The notes beneath the pieces are model-generated. The model was not told the DNA's origin and ran no database searches. It saw only the letters and a list, made by a program, of their open reading frames with translations. DNA of 64,000 nucleotides from Escherichia phage vB_EcoM-CHD16UKE1: the sequence record MZ234030.1. One strand, written 5' to 3'. How positions within the stretch are numbered: position 1 is the stretch's first letter; the number at the start of each line of letters is the position of its first letter. Below, in pieces: positions 1-10,414 of the stretch. The position numbers were made by a program, and so were the translations under genes.

Positions 1-126
1 ATGGACTTTGCTGTTCTTGATCAAGAAAGAAAAGCTGAGTTAGCTCCTCATGTAGAAAAATGTATTACAATGCAACTGCAAGATGCATTCAATAAAAGGT
101 CAAAGAAAAAGTTTAAATTCTTTTAA
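1..126 (+). CDS. 3' end of upstream gene (partial, product unknown; occupies the position of the gene preceding helicase 41)
   Basis: Open frame from window edge to TAA at 124-126, followed by RBS AAGGAG and gene 41 start. Confidence 0.35.
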   Translation: MDFAVLDQERKAELAPHVEKCITMQLQDAFNKRSKKKFKFF

Positions 127-135
127 GGAGTAAGT

Positions 136-1563
136 GTGGTAGAAATTATTCTTTCCCATCTCATATTTGATCAAGCTTATTTTTCAAAAGTTTGGCCATA
201 TATGGATTCAGAATATTTTGAAAGTGGTCCAGCTAAAAATACATTCAAATTAATTAAATCTCATGTTAATGAGTACCATAGCGTTCCATCTATTAATGCG
301 TTAAATGTTGCATTAGAAAATAGTTCATTTACTGAAACAGAATATTCTGGTGTAAAAACACTTATTTCGAAACTAGCCGATTCTCCAGAAGACCATAGCT
401 GGTTAGTAAAAGAAACAGAAAAATATGTTCAGCAAAGGGCGATGTTTAATGCTACGTCTAAAATAATTGAAATTCAAACTAATGCTGAGCTTCCTCCGGA
501 AAAACGAAATAAGAAAATGCCAGATGTAGGTGCTATTCCTGACATCATGCGCCAAGCATTATCAATTTCATTTGATAGTTACGTTGGTCATGATTGGATG
601 GATGACTACGAAGCACGTTGGCTATCTTATATGAATAAAGCTCGTAAGGTTCCATTTAGACTCAAAATTCTAAATAAAATTACTAAAGGTGGAGCTGAAA
701 CTGGAACACTGAACGTTTTAATGGCTGGTGTTAACGTCGGTAAGTCATTAGGTCTGTGTTCATTGGCAGCAGATTATTTGCAGCTCGGACATAATGTTCT
801 TTACATTTCCATGGAAATGGCAGAAGAAGTCTGTGCTAAGCGTATTGATGCTAATATGCTTGATGTTTCTCTTGATGACATTGATGACGGGCATATTTCT
901 TACGCTGAGTATAAAGGAAAAATGGAAAAATGGCGCGAGAAATCTACTCTCGGTCGTTTAATAGTTAAACAGTATCCTACTGGTGGAGCAGATGCTAATA
1001 CATTTCGTTCGCTTTTAAACGAATTAAAGCTCAAGAAGAATTTTGTTCCAACAATCATTATTGTCGACTATCTGGGTATTTGTAAATCTTGCCGCATTAG
1101 AGTTTACTCAGAAAATAGTTACACAACTGTTAAAGCCATTGCAGAGGAATTACGTGCTCTTGCTGTTGAAACCGAAACTGTTCTTTGGACTGCAGCACAG
1201 GTTGGTAAACAAGCTTGGGATTCTTCTGATGTTAACATGAGCGATATTGCAGAATCTGCCGGTCTTCCAGCAACAGCTGATTTTATGCTTGCGGTCATTG
1301 AAACCGAGGAGCTAGCAGCTGCTGAACAACAACTCATTAAGCAAATCAAATCACGATACGGTGATAAGAATAAATGGAATAAGTTTTTGATGGGTGTTCA
1401 AAAAGGAAATCAGAAATGGGTAGAAATTGAACAAGATTCTACTCCAACTGAAGTGAACGAAGTAGCAGGTTCACAGCAAATTCAGGCTGAACAGAATCGC
1501 TATCAAAGAAACGAATCCGCTCGAGCTCAGTTAGATGCTTTGGCAAATGAATTAAAATTTTAG
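136..1563 (+). CDS. 41: Replicative DNA helicase gp41 (DnaB-like)
   Basis: 475-aa ORF, GTG start after AAGGAG; Walker A GVNVGKS; sequence recalled as T4 gp41. Confidence 0.93.
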   Translation: MVEIILSHLIFDQAYFSKVWPYMDSEYFESGPAKNTFKLIKSHVNEYHSVPSINALNVALENSSFTETEYSGVKTLISKLADSPEDHSWLVKETEKYVQQRAMFNATSKIIEIQTNAELPPEKRNKKMPDVGAIPDIMRQALSISFDSYVGHDWMDDYEARWLSYMNKARKVPFRLKILNKITKGGAETGTLNVLMAGVNVGKSLGLCSLAADYLQLGHNVLYISMEMAEEVCAKRIDANMLDVSLDDIDDGHISYAEYKGKMEKWREKSTLGRLIVKQYPTGGADANTFRSLLNELKLKKNFVPTIIIVDYLGICKSCRIRVYSENSYTTVKAIAEELRALAVETETVLWTAAQVGKQAWDSSDVNMSDIAESAGLPATADFMLAVIETEELAAAEQQLIKQIKSRYGDKNKWNKFLMGVQKGNQKWVEIEQDSTPTEVNEVAGSQQIQAEQNRYQRNESARAQLDALANELKF

Positions 1564-1621
1564 TTTACAAGCTGACAAGACTATGGTATAGTAGTCTTGT
1601 TGGTTAAATGAGGAGATTGTT

Positions 1622-1804
1622 ATGGAATTGGTAAAGGTAGTTTTTATGGGGTGGTTTAAGAACGAAAGCATGTTTACTAAAGAGATCACAATGATGAAAG
1701 ATGACGTTCAATGGGCTACTACTCAATATGCTGAAGTTAATAAAGCACTAGTTAAAGCTTTCATTGATGACAAGAAGGTATGTGAAGTGGATTGCCGAGG
1801 ATAA
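1622..1804 (+). CDS. dmd: Dmd-like small protein (60 aa; position of T4 gene 61.5, antitoxin against RnlA/LsoA)
   Basis: 60-aa ORF immediately downstream of gene 41; length and position match T4 dmd; sequence identity not verifiable from memory. Confidence 0.5.
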   Translation: MELVKVVFMGWFKNESMFTKEITMMKDDVQWATTQYAEVNKALVKAFIDDKKVCEVDCRG

Positions 1805-1805
1805 T

Positions 1806-2063
1806 ATGCATATCGTTTTATTTAAACCTACTCCGTATAATGTCAGGAAAAATACTCAATTCAAAGCACTTATTGCAGATACGTGGGAATTAGTATTAGA
1901 TATTCCGGCAGAAGAAAGCCCTCCATTTGGTCGAGTGGAATTTATTAAGTTTGCTGTGCGCCCTACAAAGCGACAGATTCGTCAATGCAAAAGATACTTT
2001 CGTAAAATCGCCAAGTTAGAGAAACAGTTTGTAACATGTGATTATGCAGAAGTTTTAAAATAA
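1806..2063 (+). CDS. Hypothetical protein (61.4 position)
   Basis: ATG overlapping previous stop (TAATATG); 85 aa, basic. Confidence 0.45.
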   Translation: MHIVLFKPTPYNVRKNTQFKALIADTWELVLDIPAEESPPFGRVEFIKFAVRPTKRQIRQCKRYFRKIAKLEKQFVTCDYAEVLK

Positions 2064-2123
2064 CTGTTTACTTTTATTGGAAATTGAGATACTATATAAA
2101 CATAAACTACTGAGGAGATTATC

Positions 2124-2417
2124 ATGAAAAAATTTATCTTTGCTGCAATTTTTGCTTTATCTTCTTGCGCTGCTCAGCCTGCTATGGCGGGTTATGACAA
2201 AGATTTGTGCGAATGGTCTATGACTGCAGATCAGACTGAAGTTGAAATTCAAATTGAAGCGGATATTATGAATATCGTTGAACGTGATCGTCCTGAAATG
2301 AAAGCTGAAGTGCAAAAACAACTTAAATCTGGTGGTGTAATGCAGTATAATTATGTTCTGTATTGCGATAAAAACTTTAATAATAAAAATATCATCGCTG
2401 AAGTGGTAGGTGAGTAA
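2124..2417 (+). CDS. sp: Spackle-like periplasmic protein (lysozyme inhibitor, superinfection exclusion)
   Basis: 97 aa with N-terminal signal peptide MKKFIFAAIFALSSCAAQPAMA; RBS GAGGAG; matches recalled T4 Sp. Confidence 0.7.
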   Translation: MKKFIFAAIFALSSCAAQPAMAGYDKDLCEWSMTADQTEVEIQIEADIMNIVERDRPEMKAEVQKQLKSGGVMQYNYVLYCDKNFNNKNIIAEVVGE

Positions 2418-2429
2418 TTAGAGGTTAGT

Positions 2430-2786
2430 ATGTATAGTTCTGAATTTTCATATTTAAAAATGGAAAAAATTTCATACGATTTTATAGATGAAAAGGTTTA
2501 TTACAGTTTCCATGAACCACGTTTTAATAGTGAGGTTGGGTTTATTGTAGTAAAAGACAATTTTATTTTAAAAATATATTCAGCATTAAAGGATTTTCAT
2601 TACGAAAATATTAACCTAAAATTTAATAAAGAAAACGTTCGTAATTGTGCAGTAACAATTACAGGAAATAAAGGCACATGTGTTATGCTATCTGATGAAA
2701 TTAATGATTTGCTAAATGATGCCGAAAAGGTTGCTATTCCATCTATTGATGACCAAATTTTTAATGCTTTTATGAATAGAGGTTAA
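2430..2786 (+). CDS. Hypothetical protein (61.2 position)
   Basis: 118-aa ORF, tightly packed after sp. Confidence 0.45.
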   Translation: MYSSEFSYLKMEKISYDFIDEKVYYSFHEPRFNSEVGFIVVKDNFILKIYSALKDFHYENINLKFNKENVRNCAVTITGNKGTCVMLSDEINDLLNDAEKVAIPSIDDQIFNAFMNRG

Positions 2787-2787
2787 T

Positions 2788-2952
2788 ATGAAAACATATA
2801 AAGAATTTATTAAAGAAGATATGGTAGCTGGAGATTCAGGTGGTAATCCTGAAAATATCTCCACTGGAACAACGTCAGGTGCTGTAGTAAATAAAGGTCC
2901 TGAACAGATTCCTAAAAAGAAAAAAGAGGAATCTAAAGAAAAAGAAGAGTAA
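2788..2952 (+). CDS. Hypothetical small Lys/Glu-rich protein (61.1 position)
   Basis: 54-aa ORF, ATG at 2788 overlapping previous stop; ends 3 nt before gene 61 start. Confidence 0.4.
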   Translation: MKTYKEFIKEDMVAGDSGGNPENISTGTTSGAVVNKGPEQIPKKKKEESKEKEE

Positions 2953-2954
2953 AA

Positions 2955-3983
2955 ATGTCATCAATACCTTGGATTGATAATGAGTTTGCGTATCGTGCAT
3001 TAGCTCATTTACCTAAATTCACACAAGTAAATAATAGTTCAACTTTTAAATTGCGGTTTAGATGCCCTGTTTGTGGAGATTCAAAAACCGACCAGAATAA
3101 AGCTCGTGGATGGTATTATGGTGATAATAATGAAGGAAATATTCATTGTTATAACTGTAACTATCATGCACCAATCGGAATATATCTAAAGGAGTTTGAA
3201 CCTGATTTATATCGTGAGTATATCTTTGAAATAAGAAAAGAAAAAGGTAAAAGTCGTCCAGTAGAAAAACCTAAAGAACTTCCTAAACAACCTGAGAAGA
3301 AAATAATTAAATCTCTTCCGTCATGCGTTAGATTAGATAAACTGGTGGAAGACCATCCAATTATAAAATACGTAAAAGCTCGTTGTATTCCAAAGGATAA
3401 ATGGAAATATCTTTGGTTTACAACTGAATGGCCTAAATTAGTTAATAGCATAGCACCGGGAACATACAAAAAGGAAATTTCTGAGCCTCGTCTTGTTATT
3501 CCAATTTATAATGCTAATGGAAAAGCTGAGTCTTTTCAAGGACGTGCATTAAAGAAAGATGCTCCTCAAAAATATATCACCATTAAAGCTTATCCTGAGG
3601 CAACAAAAATATATGGAGTCGAACGAGTTAAAGATGGCGATGTATATGTTCTAGAAGGACCTATAGATTCACTTTTTATTGAAAATGGTATAGCTATTAC
3701 GGGTGGTCAATTAGACCTAGAAGTTGTTCCATTTAAAGATAGACGAGTGTGGGTTTTAGATAATGAACCTCGTCACCCTGACACTATCAAGCGAATGACT
3801 AAATTAGTTGATGCAGGAGAAAGGGTTATGTTTTGGGATAAATCTCCCTGGAAATCAAAAGATGTTAATGATATGATTAGAAAGGAAGGTGCAACCCCTG
3901 AACAAATTATGGAATATATGAAAAATAATATTGCCCAGGGGTTGATGGCTAAAATGCGGTTATCTAAATATGCCAAGATTTAA
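2955..3983 (+). CDS. 61: DNA primase gp61
   Basis: 342 aa; zinc-ribbon CPVCGDS...HCYNCNYH; TOPRIM-like core; recalled as T4 gp61. Confidence 0.93.
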   Translation: MSSIPWIDNEFAYRALAHLPKFTQVNNSSTFKLRFRCPVCGDSKTDQNKARGWYYGDNNEGNIHCYNCNYHAPIGIYLKEFEPDLYREYIFEIRKEKGKSRPVEKPKELPKQPEKKIIKSLPSCVRLDKLVEDHPIIKYVKARCIPKDKWKYLWFTTEWPKLVNSIAPGTYKKEISEPRLVIPIYNANGKAESFQGRALKKDAPQKYITIKAYPEATKIYGVERVKDGDVYVLEGPIDSLFIENGIAITGGQLDLEVVPFKDRRVWVLDNEPRHPDTIKRMTKLVDAGERVMFWDKSPWKSKDVNDMIRKEGATPEQIMEYMKNNIAQGLMAKMRLSKYAKI

Positions 3984-4180
3984 ATTAACCCAACTAAAGC
4001 AAATGCTAGATCTACGAATGTATCAAGAGTAACTACTGGAATATTAATACCATGTGCAATTGCAATGGGTGATAAAATAAAGTTCCAGAGTAAAATTCCT
4101 ACCATAGCAGAAATAGTAAAAGCTATACGTTTTTTATTACCTTTTATGGCATCAACAAGTGCCATTAATTTTTGTGCCAT
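3980..4180 (-). CDS. Hypothetical small membrane protein (two predicted TM helices), antisense to the surrounding early genes
   Basis: 66-aa ORF with strong RBS AAGGAGG about 6 nt upstream of ATG; stop overlaps gene 61 stop tail-to-tail. Confidence 0.45.
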   Translation of the reverse strand: MAQKLMALVDAIKGNKKRIAFTISAMVGILLWNFILSPIAIAHGINIPVVTLDTFVDLAFALVGLI

Positions 4181-4224
4181 GTGTCCTCCTTTAAATTAAT
4201 ATTTATCACAAATTTCATAAATTT

Positions 4225-4254
4225 GTTTACTTTCTCAGCTTGTTATGGTATTAT
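4225..4254 (+). promoter_or_regulatory. T4-type early promoter (-35 GTTTAC, -10 TATTAT)
   Basis: GTTTAC at 4225-4230, about 18-bp spacer, extended -10 TGGTATTAT; upstream of the 4280 ORF. Confidence 0.55.
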
Positions 4255-4279
4255 AAAATAAATTGCTGAGGATGATATA

Positions 4280-5619
<1,340 letters not shown>

Positions 5620-5679
5620 TTGCTTACATACTCAAATGATATAATTATTTAACTTATTAATGAATTGAAAGGAAAAATA

Positions 5680-6198
5680 ATGGCTTACTTTAACGAATGT
5701 AGTCAACTGATCGAAGGCGCTGATAAAGCTCAAAATGAATATTGGGATATTCTCGGTGATGAAAAAGACCCGCTGCAGGTTATGCTTGATATGCAGAAAT
5801 CTCTACAGGTTCGTTTAGCTAAAGATAAACCTGAATATAACCGTCATCCTGATGATTTGGCTACTGCGGGTGAAGTTGTTGATTGGCTGCGTAATCAGAA
5901 AGATTATATTGATGATGAATTCCGCGAACTATTGACTTCTCTTGGTGGTATGAGCAATGGTGAAAAAGATGCATCTGCTGTATGGAAGCCTTGGAAAGCT
6001 CAACATGGTGAACGACGTGAAACTCTGATTACTGATTTGTCTCCACAAGACCAGTTGGAAATTAAATTCGAAATGATTGATATTCTTCATTTCGTTCTGA
6101 ACATGTTCCAAGGTCTCGGTCTTACGGCTGAAGAAATCTTTAAACTTTATTATCTGAAAAATGCTGAAAATTTCGCTCGTCAAGACCGAGGTTATTAA
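5680..6198 (+). CDS. 56: dCTP pyrophosphatase gp56 (dCTPase/dUTPase)
   Basis: 172 aa from ATG 5680 (track ORF starts 15 nt earlier); MazG-like; position after dam. Confidence 0.8.
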   Translation: MAYFNECSQLIEGADKAQNEYWDILGDEKDPLQVMLDMQKSLQVRLAKDKPEYNRHPDDLATAGEVVDWLRNQKDYIDDEFRELLTSLGGMSNGEKDASAVWKPWKAQHGERRETLITDLSPQDQLEIKFEMIDILHFVLNMFQGLGLTAEEIFKLYYLKNAENFARQDRGY

Positions 6199-6398
6199 TG
6201 GCTCGTTTAAATAAACGTCAACTTAAGAAAGCCCACAAGAAACGTATTGACCAGCTATTTAAAAATTATGACAAGGAGCTCACATACGAGCTCCTATCTA
6301 ATCAGCTCCACAAAGCTTACACAATTAAAACTGGACATATACAATTAGGTAAGGTGCATGAAGAAGCCTTAAAATTAATTATAGAGCATTCAAAATGA
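6198..6398 (+). CDS. Hypothetical basic protein
   Basis: 66 aa; ATG overlaps gp56 stop (TAATG). Confidence 0.45.
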   Translation: MARLNKRQLKKAHKKRIDQLFKNYDKELTYELLSNQLHKAYTIKTGHIQLGKVHEEALKLIIEHSK

Positions 6399-6582
6399 AA
6401 TTTGATTTTTATGCATGGCAAAAAGCCGGGAGACCGGCTAGTTGAGCATTTGGTTCTGATGGATATAATATTAGAGCTCATTGGAAGTTTAATGCTCCAG
6501 CCGATTATTCTCCGGTAATTATTAACGGTGATGTTGTTATATTAACTAAAATTGGGTATTTTAACGTTCCGCAAGAATTTAT

Positions 6583-6590
6583 TATAAATA
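6583..6590 (+). promoter_or_regulatory. T4 late promoter TATAAATA
   Basis: Exact TATAAATA 30 nt upstream of soc ATG. Confidence 0.65.
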
Positions 6591-6619
6591 GTCATGTAAT
6601 TTAAATAAAGGAGAATTAC

Positions 6620-6865
6620 ATGGCTAGTACTCGCGGTTATGTTAATATTAAAACATTTGAGCAAAAATTAGATGGAAATAAGAAAATTGAAGGAAAGGAA
6701 ATTTCTGTAGCTTTCCCTCTTTATTCTGACGTTCACAAAATTTCTGGCGCTCATTATCAGATATTCCCTTCAGAAAAAGCAGCATATTCTACAGTATATG
6801 AAGAAAATCAACGTACTGAATGGATTACTGCAAACGAAGATTTGTGGAAAGTAACTGGTGAATAA
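6620..6865 (+). CDS. soc: Small outer capsid protein Soc
   Basis: 81 aa beginning MASTRGYVNIKTFEQ; recalled as T4 Soc; late promoter upstream, terminator downstream. Confidence 0.9.
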   Translation: MASTRGYVNIKTFEQKLDGNKKIEGKEISVAFPLYSDVHKISGAHYQIFPSEKAAYSTVYEENQRTEWITANEDLWKVTGE

Positions 6866-6870
6866 ATTCA

Positions 6871-6896
6871 AGGACTCCTTCGGGAGTCCTTTTTTC
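6871..6896 (+). terminator. Rho-independent terminator
   Basis: Hairpin AGGACTCC-TTCG-GGAGTCCT followed by TTTTT. Confidence 0.75.
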
Positions 6897-6961
6897 ATTT
6901 TACCGGTTTACTTTCCAAAATGAGTATGGTATAATAAAATTATCTTATAGAGGAGAGCACT

Positions 6962-7174
6962 ATGTTAAATCGCTGGATTAAACCAAATGAAGACCTCCAG
7001 AAGGTTCTTGATAAAGCTATCTCTGATAAATGGGGTATGAAAAGCTGGGATTGTGATATCGTCACGCATTCATTCATGATGCATGCAGATGGTTCAGTCG
7101 AGTTCAATGCTGAAATGCGATACACTGATTGGGGTGGATTTCAAAGAGTCGAATTTCAAAGAGGCTTTTTGTAA
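6962..7174 (+). CDS. Hypothetical protein
   Basis: 70-aa ORF with RBS GGAGAG. Confidence 0.4.
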   Translation: MLNRWIKPNEDLQKVLDKAISDKWGMKSWDCDIVTHSFMMHADGSVEFNAEMRYTDWGGFQRVEFQRGFL

Positions 7175-7512
7175 TGTTTATCTTTAATTGGTTTAAAAGT
7201 TTCTTTACGGATTTTTTCTCTACAACTCCCGGAGAAGGTGTAGTTCCTATTTCAAATGACTACCTTCCTTTAACTGTAGTTGAATATGTTTATATGGGAG
7301 ATGGAACAGTAGAAGCAGTTACTATGACTTATGAAGAAGCCCAGGAATATTATAAAAATCCTTGGCGTTGGTCAACACCTACATCATCTAATACGCAGAA
7401 TACACAGTCTAGTTCTGATTCATATGATACTAATGTTCCTGTTCATGTGTGGACGGGCGATTCATGTGGAAGTTCTTGTGATTCTAGTTGTTCATCTACA
7501 TCTTGTGATTGA
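7174..7512 (+). CDS. Hypothetical protein with hydrophobic N-terminus and Cys/Ser-rich C-terminal tail
   Basis: ATG 7174 overlapping previous stop; C-terminus [19 protein letters not shown]. Confidence 0.45.
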   Translation: MFIFNWFKSFFTDFFSTTPGEGVVPISNDYLPLTVVEYVYMGDGTVEAVTMTYEEAQEYYKNPWRWSTPTSSNTQNTQSSSDSYDTNVPVHVWTGDSCGSSCDSSCSSTSCD

Positions 7513-7520
7513 GGAAAATT

Positions 7521-8006
7521 ATGGAAGCGATTTTGTTTGAAATGTATATTAGCAGTAATAGTTTGTCATTTGCTAAAGATGTTCCAATTACTGTAGCAGT
7601 AATGATTGATAAGGGTTATTGTGACCCAATGTATCTCGTAGAAAATTTCGTTTCAATGCCAGTTCCAGAAGATGCTGAAATAAAACTTAAAAAGATTGGT
7701 ATTATTGAAACTGTACCAAATATTCCGTTTAGAGCAATTGAAGCATTTACTAAATCAGAATACATTAATGTTAGCGCAGAACAATATAATGATAAACCTT
7801 TATCTTTTTATTCGTACGATTCAGTATATAGTTGGAAAATAGATAAAGGAAATAAATTTATAATTGCGAGTGAAGATGCTTTATCATACTTTATTTCTTC
7901 TGTATGGAATAGTTTACATCCAAATTTGCTCAAAATTCATGAATTTGATGATGCTCCTACTGTTGTTTTAGGTAAAACAAATGAAAGCTCTGAAGAAGAT
8001 GCTTGA
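7521..8006 (+). CDS. Hypothetical protein (161 aa)
   Basis: ATG 7521 after RBS GAGGAAA (track start at 7509 is TTG). Confidence 0.5.
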   Translation: MEAILFEMYISSNSLSFAKDVPITVAVMIDKGYCDPMYLVENFVSMPVPEDAEIKLKKIGIIETVPNIPFRAIEAFTKSEYINVSAEQYNDKPLSFYSYDSVYSWKIDKGNKFIIASEDALSYFISSVWNSLHPNLLKIHEFDDAPTVVLGKTNESSEEDA

Positions 8007-8184
8007 ATGGTTCAATAGACCAAACTCGATGTATATTGATGATGGTTGGGTTGAACAAGCAAATAAAGAAATGCAGAACGAATCGGAAGAATGGATGAAA
8101 TCAATGATTAGTGCTGAGAAAGAAAAGAAATTAGAACGCTCAGCGCTTAAATTGATGAGAGACATCTATGGTGATAAATCATGA
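7981..8184 (+). CDS. Hypothetical protein
   Basis: 67-aa ORF overlapping previous gene end. Confidence 0.4.
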   Translation: MKALKKMLEWFNRPNSMYIDDGWVEQANKEMQNESEEWMKSMISAEKEKKLERSALKLMRDIYGDKS

Positions 8185-8345
8185 ACAAAGATATAACGTT
8201 AGAAGAGGCTAAAGCAAAAGCAAATGAAGCACTGGATTTGCTTCTTAAAATTGGCAGTAAAATGATGGAAGAAAATGAGAAATATATCCAGGAAAACAAA
8301 ATTCCCGATGGTCCATTAGTAGGCAAAAGGAAATCACATGATTGA
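8181..8345 (+). CDS. Hypothetical small protein
   Basis: 54-aa ORF, ATGA overlap with previous stop. Confidence 0.35.
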   Translation: MNKDITLEEAKAKANEALDLLLKIGSKMMEENEKYIQENKIPDGPLVGKRKSHD

Positions 8346-8808
8346 AGTAGCAAAACATTATTCAGTAGAATTCATGTCTAAAGAAGGTAAATCAGTAAAT
8401 ACTCTTGGTAAAAAATGCTCATTAATTATTCCTTTAGCAGAAAATCCGGATTTTTTAATTAAAGATATAAAAGAAAGAAAATATCCAGAAAATGTTATTC
8501 TAATTATAAAGCATACTGAAGATATTTTGCAGAATACAGATTCACCGTTTTCTTCTTCTGAAGCTTTAACTATTAAAGGCTATAAAAGAGCTCATGAATA
8601 TGGTCTTTTTGACCTGTTTGAAGATGATAAAGTTAAATTAGTGAGTCAACCTTCTAAAAGTAAAACATTCATTATTGAAGATATTAAAGATATAAATGCA
8701 TTTGTTAAGATGGTCTGGGCTCATTTTGATGTTGGACTACGTTGGAGAATGTCCGAAGAAGAAAGAAAGATTATTGAAGCTAATCGTCAATTTGGTTTTT
8801 ATCGCTAG
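8338..8808 (+). CDS. Hypothetical protein
   Basis: 156-aa ORF. Confidence 0.45.
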   Translation: MIEVAKHYSVEFMSKEGKSVNTLGKKCSLIIPLAENPDFLIKDIKERKYPENVILIIKHTEDILQNTDSPFSSSEALTIKGYKRAHEYGLFDLFEDDKVKLVSQPSKSKTFIIEDIKDINAFVKMVWAHFDVGLRWRMSEEERKIIEANRQFGFYR

Positions 8809-8816
8809 GAATTAAT

Positions 8817-8999
8817 ATGGATTTATTTGAGATGTTAGAAGATAATCATTCTACGAATAACCAGAATGATTCTAGTGATTATAAGAAAGAGTACCGTATA
8901 GTATTACAGAATTATGGAATTGAAGCCCCAGATGCTCTTCTAGAAGAACTAGCTTCATACCATCTTGACCCTCCGCCTTGGGCTCCCTGGGCAAAATAA
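8817..8999 (+). CDS. Hypothetical acidic protein
   Basis: 60-aa ORF. Confidence 0.4.
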   Translation: MDLFEMLEDNHSTNNQNDSSDYKKEYRIVLQNYGIEAPDALLEELASYHLDPPPWAPWAK

Positions 9000-9010
9000 T
9001 TCAAAAAGTT

Positions 9011-9040
9011 GTTTACTTTCCTTTCTAACGATGATATGAT
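9011..9040 (+). promoter_or_regulatory. T4-type early promoter
   Basis: GTTTAC 9011-9016, TATGAT about 18 bp downstream. Confidence 0.55.
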
Positions 9041-9066
9041 AGCTTCTGAAGTATACGGAGGCTATC

Positions 9067-9690
9067 ATGATTATTAATCTTGCAGATGTTGAACAGTTAT
9101 CTATAAAAGCTGAAAGCGTTGATTTTCAATATGATATGTATAAAAAGGTCTGTGAAAAATTTACTGACTTTGAACAGTCAGTTCTTTGGCAGTGTATGGA
9201 AGCCAAAAAGAATGAAGCTCTTCATCGGCAGTTGAATAAAATCGTTAAAAAGCATTTAACTAAATCGCCTTATCAGCTATATCGTGGTATATCAAAATCG
9301 ACAAAAGAACTCATTAAAGATTTACAAGTCGGAGAAGTGTTTTCAACGAACAGAGTAGATTCATTTACTACTAGTTTGCACACAGCATGTGGTTTTTCTT
9401 ATGTTGAGTATTTCACTGAAATAATATTTCGCTTAAAAACTGATAAAGCTTTTAATTATTCTGACCATATCAGCGATATTATACTTTCTTCTCCTAATAC
9501 TGAATTTAAGTATACATATGAAGATACTGATGGATTAGATTCAGAACGTACTGATAACTTAATGATGATTGTACGTGAACAAGAATGGATGATTCCAATT
9601 GGAAAGTATAAAATAACTTCTATTTCAAAAGAAAAATTACACGATTCATTTGGAACATTTAAAGTTTATGATATTGAGGTAGTTGAATGA
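9067..9690 (+). CDS. modB: ADP-ribosyltransferase ModB-like
   Basis: 207 aa; ART triad candidates R (LYRG), S-T (STNRVDS), E-x-E (EQEWMIP); tandem with paralogue. Confidence 0.6.
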   Translation: MIINLADVEQLSIKAESVDFQYDMYKKVCEKFTDFEQSVLWQCMEAKKNEALHRQLNKIVKKHLTKSPYQLYRGISKSTKELIKDLQVGEVFSTNRVDSFTTSLHTACGFSYVEYFTEIIFRLKTDKAFNYSDHISDIILSSPNTEFKYTYEDTDGLDSERTDNLMMIVREQEWMIPIGKYKITSISKEKLHDSFGTFKVYDIEVVE

Positions 9691-10289
9691 AATACTCAAT
9701 AATGCAACTAAAAGATTTTAAAATAAAATCAATGGATGCATCGGTGCGTGCTTCTATTCGTGAAGAATTACTTTCTGAAGGGTTTAATTTATCTGAAATT
9801 GAACTTTTAATTCATTGTATTACTAATAAACCAGATGACCATACTTGGTTAAATGAAATAATCAAATCTCGTTTGGAACCAAACGATAAACCTCTTTGGA
9901 GAGGTGTTCCAGCTGAGACTAAGCAAGTATTAAATCAAGGAATTGATATTATTACATTTGATAAAGTCGTATCAGCTTCATATGATAAAAATATAGCTCT
10001 ACATTTTGCTTCCGGTTTAGAGTATAACACACAAGTTATTTTTGAATTCAAAGCTCCTATGGTATTCAATTTCCAGGAGTATGCTATAAAAGCTCTACGC
10101 TGTAAAGAATACAATCCAAACTTTAAGTTTCCGGATAGTCATCGTTATCGTAATATGGAATTAGTTTCAGATGAACAAGAAGTAATGATACCAGCTGGAA
10201 GTGTATTTAGAATTGCAGATAGATATGAGTATAAAAAGTGTTCAACATACACTATCTATACTCTTGATTTTGAAGGATTTAATCTATAA
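9687..10289 (+). CDS. modA: ADP-ribosyltransferase ModA-like
   Basis: 200 aa; R (LWRG), EQEVMIP; ATGA overlap with upstream paralogue. Confidence 0.6.
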   Translation: MKYSIMQLKDFKIKSMDASVRASIREELLSEGFNLSEIELLIHCITNKPDDHTWLNEIIKSRLEPNDKPLWRGVPAETKQVLNQGIDIITFDKVVSASYDKNIALHFASGLEYNTQVIFEFKAPMVFNFQEYAIKALRCKEYNPNFKFPDSHRYRNMELVSDEQEVMIPAGSVFRIADRYEYKKCSTYTIYTLDFEGFNL

Positions 10290-10346
10290 TGGAAGGACTT
10301 AGATTCATTATACCATGAAATTTTTAAAGCATTTTTACATAAAGTT

Positions 10347-10376
10347 GTTTACAATCTGAAGTAAAAATGTTATAGT
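10347..10376 (+). promoter_or_regulatory. T4-type early promoter
   Basis: GTTTAC 10347-10352, TATAGT at 10371-10376. Confidence 0.55.
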
Positions 10377-10414
10377 AATAAAGTATTAAATCGTCCGTAA
10401 GATGTGAGAAAAAT

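Noticed and set aside
1043-1349. ORFs overlapping gene 41 (1043-1240 plus, 1119-1349 minus)
   Set aside because: Embedded in a strongly supported helicase gene; spurious alternative frames
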